Assembly: GCA_964636355.1 (NCBI GenBank)
Contig: CAZWRG010000006.1
Location: 660-64,659 of the forward strand
From: an uncultured Candidatus Saccharibacteria bacterium
GTDB lineage: Bacteria; Patescibacteriota; Saccharimonadia; Saccharimonadales; JAGQNK01
DNA length: 64,000 nucleotides
Direction: 5' to 3'
The position numbers and the translations under genes were made by a program. This document shows, piece by piece, positions 55,212 to 63,266 of this stretch; position 1 is the stretch's first letter, and every line of letters starts with the position of its first letter. The notes under the pieces are model-generated. The model was not told the DNA's origin and did not search any database. It was given only the letters and a program-made list of their open reading frames with translations.

Positions 55212-56204
55212 TTAGTTTGCTTCGCTGGTGTCGATGGTGATGCTTGGTCCCATGGTGGTGGTTGCAAAAATCGATTTTACATAAGCACCCTTAACAGAAG
55301 CCGGCTTGTTGGCCTTAACGCTGGCAAGTAAGGTCTTGGCGTTTTGAGTGAGTTTATCAGCGCCAAAACTAACTTTACCGATTCCGACGTGAATGATTCC
55401 GGTGCTGTCAACGCGGTATTCTACACGGCCTGCTTTAGCTTCGCTCACAGCCTTGGTGACGTCATTAGAAACAGTGCCGCTCTTTGGATTTGGCATCAGT
55501 CCTTTTGGTCCCAATACACGGGCGTATTTCCCAAGCTTTGGCATCATAGCCGGTGTAGCGATCAAGACATCAAAATCAATTGTGCCTTTGTCGAGTTGCT
55601 GCAGGAATTCATCACTGGCTGCAATATCGGCTCCAGCTTTTTTAGCTTTTGTAACGTCCTCGTTGTCTGCAAAAACAGCCACTCGAACGGTTTTTCCAGT
55701 GCCAGCTGGCAGTACGATTGTGTCGCGGATGTTTTGATCAGCGTGACGCGGATCGACTCCCAGGCGGATGTGCAGCTCAACAGTTGCGTCAAATTTTGAA
55801 GGACTGGTTTTAGCAGCTAGCTCTAATGCTTGAGATAGATTATAAGCCTTATCTTTTTCGATTTGTTCAGCTAGTTTACGGTAATTCTTGCCTTTTCGCT
55901 CAAAAACGCTGCGTGGTGGATTTTGCTTTTGCTTAGGCTTGTCGTCTTTTGTATCCTCTGCTTTGGCAGCTTTGCGCTCTTCTTTGGCCTGTTTTTCTTC
56001 GGCTTCAGCCATTGCTTTGGCACTCCGCTTGCCAGCCTTCGCAAGTGGCTTGTCGGCCACAGCCTCTTGGTCTTGACTGGTCACTGGAGACTGGTCACTG
56101 GAGACTGCTGAAATTGCTTGTTCAATTTCAGCAATCGTATTCTTTTCTGATACGTCCAGGCCAAGTTTCTTAGCCTCTTCTAATAATTCTGCTTTCTTTG
56201 CCAT
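55212..56204 (-). CDS. rplA: 50S ribosomal protein L1 with a roughly 100-aa N-terminal extension
   Basis: The canonical L1 body starts near GKNYRKLAEQI... (FDATVELHIRLGVDPRHADQ, GPKGLMPNPK). The extension is a helix-extended-helix-like ELLEEAKKLGLDVSEKNTIAEIEQAI followed by a K/A/E-rich tract. Confidence 0.9.
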   Translation of the reverse strand: MAKKAELLEEAKKLGLDVSEKNTIAEIEQAISAVSSDQSPVTSQDQEAVADKPLAKAGKRSAKAMAEAEEKQAKEERKAAKAEDTKDDKPKQKQNPPRSVFERKGKNYRKLAEQIEKDKAYNLSQALELAAKTSPSKFDATVELHIRLGVDPRHADQNIRDTIVLPAGTGKTVRVAVFADNEDVTKAKKAGADIAASDEFLQQLDKGTIDFDVLIATPAMMPKLGKYARVLGPKGLMPNPKSGTVSNDVTKAVSEAKAGRVEYRVDSTGIIHVGIGKVSFGADKLTQNAKTLLASVKANKPASVKGAYVKSIFATTTMGPSITIDTSEAN

Positions 56205-56258
56205 TTTATGACTCCTTCTGTGGTGCTAACGGGTTTTAACCCTCCCACAATTTATAAT

Positions 56259-56468
56259 TTATTCTACTAAATCTGTTATTGAAGCTGATGATTCTTCAAG
56301 TGCACGCTGGCTGTCTTCGAGCCTCTGTACTGCAGCATTGTATTCAGGATCTGACTCAATCTCTCCAACAAGCTTTCCGCTAAGTTGTCTTTCGGTTGCC
56401 TCAACGCCCTTAGTGATCATATTAGCTCGAGCATCCCAAACATCATCAAATAGCTTAATACGTTCCAT
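56259..56468 (-). CDS. Orphan small acidic coiled-coil protein (69 aa) inside the rplK-rplA operon
   Basis: The ATG lies 3 nt after the upstream stop, and the GAGGAG of the upstream C-terminus serves as SD. No family recognised. Confidence 0.45.
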   Translation of the reverse strand: MERIKLFDDVWDARANMITKGVEATERQLSGKLVGEIESDPEYNAAVQRLEDSQRALEESSASITDLVE

Positions 56469-56471
56469 CTT

Positions 56472-56681
56472 TTACTCCTCTACCGCAAGATCGTGTAGTT
56501 CGCCCTGCGTCAACTCAACACTATCTAAAGGAGTAGACTTTGCGAGAGTTTCTAGCTGCATTGCGCGGCGTAAACCTGCAAACGTTTCTGGGTTTAAGGG
56601 TTGTTCACCTACGACCACTTTAACTACCCTCGTAGCTTCATTGTCAGAAAGATGAATCCCAGGATAAGGTTTGTGCTCCAT
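56472..56681 (-). CDS. Orphan small protein (69 aa) inside the rplK-rplA operon
   Basis: The ATG lies 1 nt after the rplK stop (TAAgATG). No family recognised. Confidence 0.45.
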   Translation of the reverse strand: MEHKPYPGIHLSDNEATRVVKVVVGEQPLNPETFAGLRRAMQLETLAKSTPLDSVELTQGELHDLAVEE

Positions 56682-56682
56682 C

Positions 56683-57111
56683 TTACCCCTCGATTTCTAC
56701 ACCCATGCTGCGGGCGGTACCGGCGACCATCTTTTTGACGGCTGGAATATCATCAGTGTTCATATCATTTGCCTTGGTTTCGGCAATTTCTGTCAGCTGG
56801 GCATCGCTTAATTTTTTACTTATTTTTTCAGTGTTTGGCTTGCCGGAACCTTTTTGAATACCCAGAGCCTTGCGGATCAGATCATCAGTTGGCGTACCAA
56901 CAACGCGCCAGCTCATGCTGCGGTCATCATAAATTGTAATGTGTACGGTTAGATCTTGACCCATGCGATCACTGGTCTCGGAGTTGAACGGTTGGATAAA
57001 ATCCATCATGTTCACACCGTACTGACCGAGGGTGCTACCAACTGGTGGCGCTGCACTGGCTTGACCACCTTTAATTTTCATTTTTAGATTTGCTTTGACG
57101 ACTTTCGCCAT
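56683..57111 (-). CDS. rplK: 50S ribosomal protein L11
   Basis: KMKIKGGQASAAPPVGSTLGQYGVNMMDF is the classical L11 N-terminal domain. Confidence 0.95.
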   Translation of the reverse strand: MAKVVKANLKMKIKGGQASAAPPVGSTLGQYGVNMMDFIQPFNSETSDRMGQDLTVHITIYDDRSMSWRVVGTPTDDLIRKALGIQKGSGKPNTEKISKKLSDAQLTEIAETKANDMNTDDIPAVKKMVAGTARSMGVEIEG

Positions 57112-57324
57112 AATTTCTCCTTGTTGCGCGTAGCTATTTTGAGAGCGGTAATTTGCGCTTATTGCCAGGACATTTCTCTGTCGTATGAGATATACGCCGC
57201 CGAAATGGATGCCTCACAATAATCACAAATTACCCTCGGCTCAAAATATCTACTTAACTTTGGTGTAGTTATGTTAGAAGCAAATTAACTACAATCGTGC
57301 GTAACTTATAGATTGTACTACAGA
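57112..57324 (-). promoter_or_regulatory. Structured rplK leader (candidate L1/L11 autoregulatory site) with TACAAT promoter
   Basis: A roughly 20-bp long-range helix pairs 57135-57155 with 57226-57248 and encloses about 70 nt. A -10-like TACAAT lies near 57310. Confidence 0.35.
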
Positions 57325-57552
57325 TTACCCCTGTTGTCCAGAAATTGTTTGATCAACTTGGCAGTCTGGGTTTCTGGGGTCATCTAGTGGTAAGAACTTG
57401 CCAATTATTTTCATTTGCTGAGAAAGATCCCAGTAAGTACTCATTTGTTCACTTTTCAGAGCAAAATGTGCCAGTGCTCTTGTGTCCTCGAAATATGCTG
57501 ATGCTGCAGCCGTGTCAGTGGGATCTTGAAGAAAGCGCTCCTTATAAGACAT
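57325..57552 (-). CDS. Orphan small protein (75 aa) between nusG and rplK
   Basis: Starts 16 nt after the nusG stop, behind AAGGAAA. No family recognised. Confidence 0.45.
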   Translation of the reverse strand: MSYKERFLQDPTDTAAASAYFEDTRALAHFALKSEQMSTYWDLSQQMKIIGKFLPLDDPRNPDCQVDQTISGQQG

Positions 57553-57568
57553 ACTGTTGCATATTTCC

Positions 57569-58111
57569 TTAAACTCTTTTTACTTGAAGGCTGTCAAGTT
57601 CAACTGGAGTTTCACGGCCGAACATGTTAACTAGCACTTTTAGTTTGCCTTTTTGGGCGTCAATCTCATTGATTGTGCCATCAAAACCCTTGAATGGTCC
57701 GTCGGTAATGTTTACTACTTCGCCGATATTAAAGTCAATCTTGTGCTTTGGCTCCTCACGGCCCATGCGCTTCATGATTTTTTCCATTTCCTCATCTGAA
57801 ACTGGGGTTGGTTCGGTGCCAGAGCCGACAAAACCAGTAACCGAAGGGGTGTTTCGGACAATATACCAAGCGTCTTCGCCCATCTTCATTTGAACTAGCA
57901 CATAACCTTGGAAAATGCGCTTTTCAACAACTTTTCGTTTGCCGTTTTTGACCTCGATCATTTTTTCTTTTGGCACTAGTACCTGAAAAATCTTGTCTTT
58001 CATATCAAGGCTCTCGGCCCTTTGACGAATACTTTCGGCAACCTTTTCTTCGTAGCCGCTATAAGTGTGAATGGCATACCACTGTTGCTTGGAATCGTAA
58101 TTTTTGCTCAT
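57569..58111 (-). CDS. nusG: Transcription termination/antitermination factor NusG
   Basis: WYAIHTYSGYEEKV (NGN) and GEVVNITDGPFKGFDGTI (KOW). Confidence 0.95.
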   Translation of the reverse strand: MSKNYDSKQQWYAIHTYSGYEEKVAESIRQRAESLDMKDKIFQVLVPKEKMIEVKNGKRKVVEKRIFQGYVLVQMKMGEDAWYIVRNTPSVTGFVGSGTEPTPVSDEEMEKIMKRMGREEPKHKIDFNIGEVVNITDGPFKGFDGTINEIDAQKGKLKVLVNMFGRETPVELDSLQVKRV

Positions 58112-58141
58112 TAATAATTTCTCCTAAATATTTATTGTGTC

Positions 58142-58570
58142 TTAGCTTAATAATAGTCTTTGGAAGATTTTATCCAGGCCGTAATCCAGTATGGCCACCA
58201 GTCCTGAAAAGATGATGGCAAAAACGAACACTGCAATAGTTAGCTTGGTGGTCTCTTTGGCGTTCGGCCAAGTAACCTGCCGCACCTCACGCCAGCTGTT
58301 GATGAAATAGTTGATGCCAAAAACTTTAACCAATATGCGGCCAATTAGCCGTGCCAGGCGAGTTTTAAACGGAAGCAGCAAAAAACTAAACGGCTTAAGA
58401 AGTTTGCCTAAAAATATTAGAGACTTCTTAAAAGGCTTGGCGGCTGTACTAGCGCCACGTTTTATGCGTCTGGGCGACGATGTTTTAGCCTCCGAGGCTT
58501 TGGCGGCTTGTTGCCGGACGGTTTCTGGTTTTTTTATGACTCGGCGTTTTTTGCCTGTTGATTCTGCCAC
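58142..58570 (-). CDS. secE: Preprotein translocase subunit SecE with a long basic N-terminal extension
   Basis: The C-terminal SWREVRQVTWPNAKETTKLTIAVFVFAIIFSGLVAILDYGL is the SecE core. GTG at 58570 lies 6 nt after AGGAGA. The track TTG start lies inside a terminator U-run. Confidence 0.8.
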   Translation of the reverse strand: MAESTGKKRRVIKKPETVRQQAAKASEAKTSSPRRIKRGASTAAKPFKKSLIFLGKLLKPFSFLLLPFKTRLARLIGRILVKVFGINYFINSWREVRQVTWPNAKETTKLTIAVFVFAIIFSGLVAILDYGLDKIFQRLLLS

Positions 58571-58597
58571 CTTCTGTTCTCCTGTTATAAATCCTTC

Positions 58598-58627
58598 ATA
58601 AAACAAAAAACTACCATAATGGTAGTT
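58598..58627 (-). terminator. Promoter-proximal intrinsic terminator-like hairpin in the secE-nusG 5' UTR (possible attenuator)
   Basis: AACTACC (58609-58615) pairs with GGTAGTT (58621-58627). TTTTTGTTTT follows on the minus strand. It lies about 15 nt downstream of the TTGCAA-18-TATTAT promoter (58670-58641). Confidence 0.4.
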
Positions 58628-58722
58628 CCTGAACGTGTCAATAATACCACAGAGAATGATCTTGTTGCAAGGTTTGAAAAATTTAAAACAAATTACCTTA
58701 GTTTATGTTAATATCCAGTTAA

Positions 58723-60219
58723 ATGCTTGTGGCAATATTAATTACCTCGCTAGTTATAGAATTCTTGATTATTCTTATTCCGAAAGCCTGGAAATATAGA
58801 GGTTATTTGGTTGCTGCTCCGCTAATTGGCAGTTGTTTTGGGTTGGCGTCTTTGATTGCGCTTCATCCAAGTTGGTGGTTGGTGTTTGCACTACTGGTTT
58901 TAGTTTTTAGAGTTATAAATTATTTGCGAATGGCTAAAGGCCGGATTCATCAAAAGCATTTAAGACGAGCGTCGCTTCGGACTTCAACTTCTCTGGCCGT
59001 TTTGCAGTTAATTTCGATTATTCCGATTTGGGTTAATATGCCAAATGCTGATCAGTTTGTGATTGGTCTTATTGTCTCGCAGTTGGTTTTTGCACTTAGC
59101 GCCTTTATTTTAACGATGCGTAGCATTCAGAAAACCACTCATGAATCTAAACTTAAAAATTATTCCGATAAAGAGTTGCCCACCGTAACCGTGGCCATTC
59201 CGGCTCGAAATGAAACCAAAGATCTGGAGGAATGTTTGCGGTCGGTGCTGGCGAATCCATACCCGAAGCTCGAAATTTTGGTTTTAGACGATTGTTCGCA
59301 GGACAAAACTGCGGAGGTTATTAAATCTTTTGCTCACCAGGGAGTTCGGTTTATAAAAGGCGCTGAGCCTAGCGACCGGTGGTTGGCCAAAAATTTAGCC
59401 TACGACCGACTGGCTGACGAGGCTAATGGCGAACTAATTTTATTCTGCGGCGTTGATGTTCGGTTTGGGCCAGATGCCATTAGGGCGTTGGTGACCACCA
59501 TGTTGGAGCGAAACAAAAAAATGATTAGCGTCCTGCCGCGTCGGTTGACTAGCCGAATTACCGATGTGTTTGTGCAGCCGCTAAGATATTGGTGGGAGCT
59601 GACGCCGCCGCGCCGATATTTTAATCGTCCGCCGGTGCTCAGCACTTGCTGGTTGATTGATCGAAAAACTTTGCTTGGTCTCGGTGGTTTTGACGCCGTT
59701 AGTCGCTCGGTTCTGCCGGAAGGTTATTTTGCCCGCGAAATCATCAAAAGTGACGGCTATACTTTTATCCGGGCCGATGATATTTTGGACGTTCAAACTC
59801 GCAAATCTCTGGGCGCTCAACGCGACACAGCCATTCGGATGCGTTATCCGCAAATTAAAAAGCGATTAGAGTTAGCGCTTTTGATCACTGCTGGCGAAAT
59901 TCTGCTGATGCTTTTGCCGTTTGCGGTAGCCATTTCAGGTTTACTTGTCGGTTTTGGAGCAGTTCAGATAGCGGCTTTAATCAGCTGTATTTTATTGTCG
60001 CTGACCCACGTTATGATTGTCCAAATCAGCAATCCAGCCAATGTTCTAGCGGCTGGATTTAGCTTTCCGTTCGCCGTTATAATTGAGCTAATCCTAAGTT
60101 ATACTTCACTATTTCGATATGAATTTTCAACTGTCGAGTGGCGCGGACGCAATATTTGCATTCCAGTGATGAGGGTTATTTCAGCTAAAGAAATGACTCT
60201 GGCTGAAAAAGCCAACTAA
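58723..60219 (+). CDS. Membrane-embedded glycosyltransferase family 2
   Basis: N- and C-terminal TM bundles flank TVAIPARNE...VLDDCSQDKT...CGVDVRF. Confidence 0.75.
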   Translation: MLVAILITSLVIEFLIILIPKAWKYRGYLVAAPLIGSCFGLASLIALHPSWWLVFALLVLVFRVINYLRMAKGRIHQKHLRRASLRTSTSLAVLQLISIIPIWVNMPNADQFVIGLIVSQLVFALSAFILTMRSIQKTTHESKLKNYSDKELPTVTVAIPARNETKDLEECLRSVLANPYPKLEILVLDDCSQDKTAEVIKSFAHQGVRFIKGAEPSDRWLAKNLAYDRLADEANGELILFCGVDVRFGPDAIRALVTTMLERNKKMISVLPRRLTSRITDVFVQPLRYWWELTPPRRYFNRPPVLSTCWLIDRKTLLGLGGFDAVSRSVLPEGYFAREIIKSDGYTFIRADDILDVQTRKSLGAQRDTAIRMRYPQIKKRLELALLITAGEILLMLLPFAVAISGLLVGFGAVQIAALISCILLSLTHVMIVQISNPANVLAAGFSFPFAVIIELILSYTSLFRYEFSTVEWRGRNICIPVMRVISAKEMTLAEKAN

Positions 60220-60222
60220 ACT

Positions 60223-61344
60223 TTATTCGCGGTAGTTTGGGATATAAATCGTAAAAGTTGAACCTTTGTTAATTTCACTTTTTAAATCAATTTCTGCCTT
60301 GATTAGTCTTGCAAGTTTGTTGGTAACGTATAAGCCAAGTCCAGTGCCGCTGTGCTCGCGTGTTCTGTAATCCTCGGAGCGATAAAACTTTTCAAAAACT
60401 TTTTCGCGGTCGGTTTTGCTTATGCCAATTCCGGTGTCAGTAACGTAAAATTCAACGCCGTCGGCTTTCGGTCTGGCGCCAATTACAACGTGACCTTTTT
60501 CGGTGTATTTGATGGCGTTAGTGATGAAATTTTGCAAGATTTCTTTAACATACAGCTTGCACGATAAAAGCATTTCAAGCGACGAATTTAGCTCGGTCTT
60601 CAGCTCCAGGCCTTTGGTTTCGGCCTCGGTTTTGTAAATTGTGCTGAGTTCGCTTAAAAGCTTGTGAACATTTATTGACTCGACATCAACTGCTAGCGTG
60701 CCCCTTTCGGCTCTCGATAAGGTCGACAGATCGTTGATCATCCCGGACAAAAAATTAATCTGATCATGGGCGGTTTTGAGGGCTTCTTCAACTGGCTTAT
60801 TGTTGAGGCCTGACCGTTCAAACAAAAACTGAGCGTTTGAAATATTACCCTCGGCAATGGTGATTGGAGTTCGCAGTTCATGGCTGACGACACTTATAAA
60901 TTCATCGCGTTCTTCTTCCAGTGATTTTTCTCTGGTGATGTCACGAATTAAGATCACATACCCCTTAGCGCCCTTCTGTCCATAGCCCAAACGAACTGGC
61001 GCGATACTGATGTACAGGCTGATTGTCTCGCCGTCTGGATAAAGCAGCTTCCATTCTCGGGACGCCAAAGAGGTTTTGGTGCCGGCAACGAGATTTTTGA
61101 TATTTATCGGCTGCTTGTCTTTATCAATCAGTTTTAAAACCGAATTTAAATCGCGGCCATGAAGTGAGGTATTAACGTCAAGAATATTCAAAGCTGCGCC
61201 GTTATTCACTATAATTTTAAAATTTTGATCAACCGCAATGACACCGTCGCCCATGCTGTTAATTAGGCTGTTTAATCTTTCTCTTTCCAGTTTTACGGAT
61301 TTGGCAGAGGCAACAAGCGGTAAATGAGGCCGTTTTGGTTTCAT
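60223..61344 (-). CDS. Cytoplasmic PAS-domain sensor histidine kinase (no response regulator adjacent)
   Basis: PAS-like N-terminus, H-box FISVVSHELRTPIT, and N/G boxes (TDTGIGIS, GTGLGLYV). Confidence 0.85.
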   Translation of the reverse strand: MKPKRPHLPLVASAKSVKLERERLNSLINSMGDGVIAVDQNFKIIVNNGAALNILDVNTSLHGRDLNSVLKLIDKDKQPINIKNLVAGTKTSLASREWKLLYPDGETISLYISIAPVRLGYGQKGAKGYVILIRDITREKSLEEERDEFISVVSHELRTPITIAEGNISNAQFLFERSGLNNKPVEEALKTAHDQINFLSGMINDLSTLSRAERGTLAVDVESINVHKLLSELSTIYKTEAETKGLELKTELNSSLEMLLSCKLYVKEILQNFITNAIKYTEKGHVVIGARPKADGVEFYVTDTGIGISKTDREKVFEKFYRSEDYRTREHSGTGLGLYVTNKLARLIKAEIDLKSEINKGSTFTIYIPNYRE

Positions 61345-61368
61345 GAAACTTATTATAGCTTATGCTTG

Positions 61369-62076
61369 TCAGAACGATATAAGAATTGGCTGGTAAGCTT
61401 TTATTTCTTGGCGAATTTGCTTCAAATTTGGGACGTACCTGGCAAGCTCATCCCAGAAAACCTTGCCGTGAGCCATAATTTTGGTGTGAACAAGTTCATG
61501 TAAAATCACGTAATCAATTAAATGCCAAGGCAGTTGCATCAAATAACAATTAAGCGCAATTTCCTGACGGCTCGAACAGCTGCCCCAGCGGCTTTTTAGC
61601 TGCTTTATTTCAAGTTTTGAGTAATTAAAGCCATGTTTGGCGGCCAGCTGATCTGTTCGTTTAGGTAAAAGCAGATTGGCTTGTTGTTTGAGGGCTCGAA
61701 TGGCGGCGGCTTTAGCTACCTTTTGAACTTCTTGATTCGCAGGGTCCAAGCCAAGCGGATGAGTAACTCTGATTTCACCGTGTTGAACGATTCTTGCCGA
61801 GGCTTGCTTGATGTTGGCAGTCGGCACAAAAGCCAAGCGATGAGCTTTGCCAATCCGCTCGTTATTTTTAAGCGGCTGGGGGATGGTTCGCTTTGACAAT
61901 ACCCAATCTTTTTTGGACATCGCAAATTCAATAGCCGCTGAATACGGCAACCAAAATGGCATACTGACTCTGATCTCGCCGGCTGAATTCAGGCTCAGTC
62001 GCATTGTCTTAGCGCCGCGACGTTTATAAAGATTAAGTGTTCCAAGGTCAGTTACTTCGACCCGCTTAACAGCCAT
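61369..62076 (-). CDS. YgjP-like (DUF45/M48-like) metal-dependent hydrolase
   Basis: RWGSCS and the HExxH-type ILHELVHTKIMAHG are typical of the YgjP family. Confidence 0.7.
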   Translation of the reverse strand: MAVKRVEVTDLGTLNLYKRRGAKTMRLSLNSAGEIRVSMPFWLPYSAAIEFAMSKKDWVLSKRTIPQPLKNNERIGKAHRLAFVPTANIKQASARIVQHGEIRVTHPLGLDPANQEVQKVAKAAAIRALKQQANLLLPKRTDQLAAKHGFNYSKLEIKQLKSRWGSCSSRQEIALNCYLMQLPWHLIDYVILHELVHTKIMAHGKVFWDELARYVPNLKQIRQEIKAYQPILISF

Positions 62077-62092
62077 TAATAACCCCGTAAAT

Positions 62093-62758
62093 TTAACGAA
62101 TCATGATATTTCGTCGGGCTTCATCAACTCGACCAGCCAGACGATTCGGTATCAGATTAACAAGACCTGGCTTAACCACTTTATTTGCAGCCGCATCCGG
62201 GTTTATCAGGCCTTGCTCATAAAGCTTCTTAATGATTGCGCCGCGTTGGGTTTGATAGGTGTGTTTGCCGCTAATCACCATGTAATCTTCGGTCGGTTCA
62301 GGATTTTGCATTTTCGAAATTTCTTGTTGAAACTTGGCTTTGTTTAGTGGCTCAGAGTATTTATCATCGGCACGACGGCGGTCTCTTTTCTGGTTGCGGA
62401 CAAACGCGCTATCAATATCGACTTGCAGCCAAATCATGGCTACTTCTGCTTTTGATTTGCGTGCCAGCTCGCGCAGTCGTCGTCTTTGGCTAAGCCGCGC
62501 AGCATTGATGTCATAAGCTACGCTGACGCCGGCCGATAAAAATTCTTCGCTCATGTAATCCATCAAGTGGTTTACAACTTCATTTTCTTGATTATCGTAC
62601 CTGGGGCTTTCAAAAAGCTCATATCTGATTCTGTCGCCTTGGACATGAGCGGCATGAATGTCTTCGCACAATTGACGGGCCAGAAAAGTTTTGCCGGCGC
62701 CCGGAAAGCCGTAAAGCATAATCAAAGTCGGTTTGTTGAGTTCCAGCTTGTTCATCAT
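62093..62758 (-). CDS. P-loop kinase-like ATP-binding protein (AAA_33/zeta-like fold)
   Basis: LYGFPGAGKTFLARQL Walker A. 221 aa. Confidence 0.55.
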   Translation of the reverse strand: MMNKLELNKPTLIMLYGFPGAGKTFLARQLCEDIHAAHVQGDRIRYELFESPRYDNQENEVVNHLMDYMSEEFLSAGVSVAYDINAARLSQRRRLRELARKSKAEVAMIWLQVDIDSAFVRNQKRDRRRADDKYSEPLNKAKFQQEISKMQNPEPTEDYMVISGKHTYQTQRGAIIKKLYEQGLINPDAAANKVVKPGLVNLIPNRLAGRVDEARRNIMIR

Positions 62759-62810
62759 TATAAATTATAACAATTCTTTAGTATTTTCAAACAGTGAACT
62801 GCTGGTGAAG

Positions 62811-63251
62811 CTACAACCGCGCAACAGCCTCAATATATAGCGGCAGGGTTAGCGGTATCGCAGCGTAAGGAAATAGATTCATAAGGCTACCTGGGTCAAA
62901 TTCTTCATCATGATGCTTTGGCGTGTGTGTCTCAAAAACCAAAGACGGTAATAGGCCATCGTTTTCTAAGCTGGACTGCGGATAAACTATTGTTCTAAAA
63001 ACCGGATTAACACCGTAAAAACTATTATAATCAACCGCAATGTCACCACAAATATCGTCAGGTTCATTTAGACCAGCGGTTGCCTCCAGGGAGGAGGCGT
63101 AGCAAACGTAGCTGCCGAATAATCGTTGGATTTCGTTGTCAATCGCCTTTTCCTGAACGTCAGTTATATCCCGAGCCTCTTCGCCATATAAATCAAAGAT
63201 TTGAATATATGTTTCGGCAAGCTCGGCTAATCGGTCGGTTTCAATAATCAT
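62811..63251 (-). CDS. Hypothetical acidic protein (146 aa)
   Basis: Clean ORF. No family recognised. Confidence 0.45.
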   Translation of the reverse strand: MIIETDRLAELAETYIQIFDLYGEEARDITDVQEKAIDNEIQRLFGSYVCYASSLEATAGLNEPDDICGDIAVDYNSFYGVNPVFRTIVYPQSSLENDGLLPSLVFETHTPKHHDEEFDPGSLMNLFPYAAIPLTLPLYIEAVARL

Positions 63252-63266
63252 AATGGTTGTCTGATT

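Noticed and set aside
54713-55267. Long form of the HIT gene (184 aa) overlapping the rplA 3' end
   Set aside because: The extension would run through the 12-bp rplA terminator and overlap rplA by 56 nt. An internal ATG at 55141 has a leaderless-type TATAAT promoter and gives a normal-sized HIT protein.
55344-56173. Plus-strand ORFs antisense to rplA (55344..55799, 55393..55737, 55888..56173 group)
   Set aside because: They are shadows of the lysine/alanine-rich L1 gene. The products are Ser/Leu/Phe-rich low-complexity sequences.
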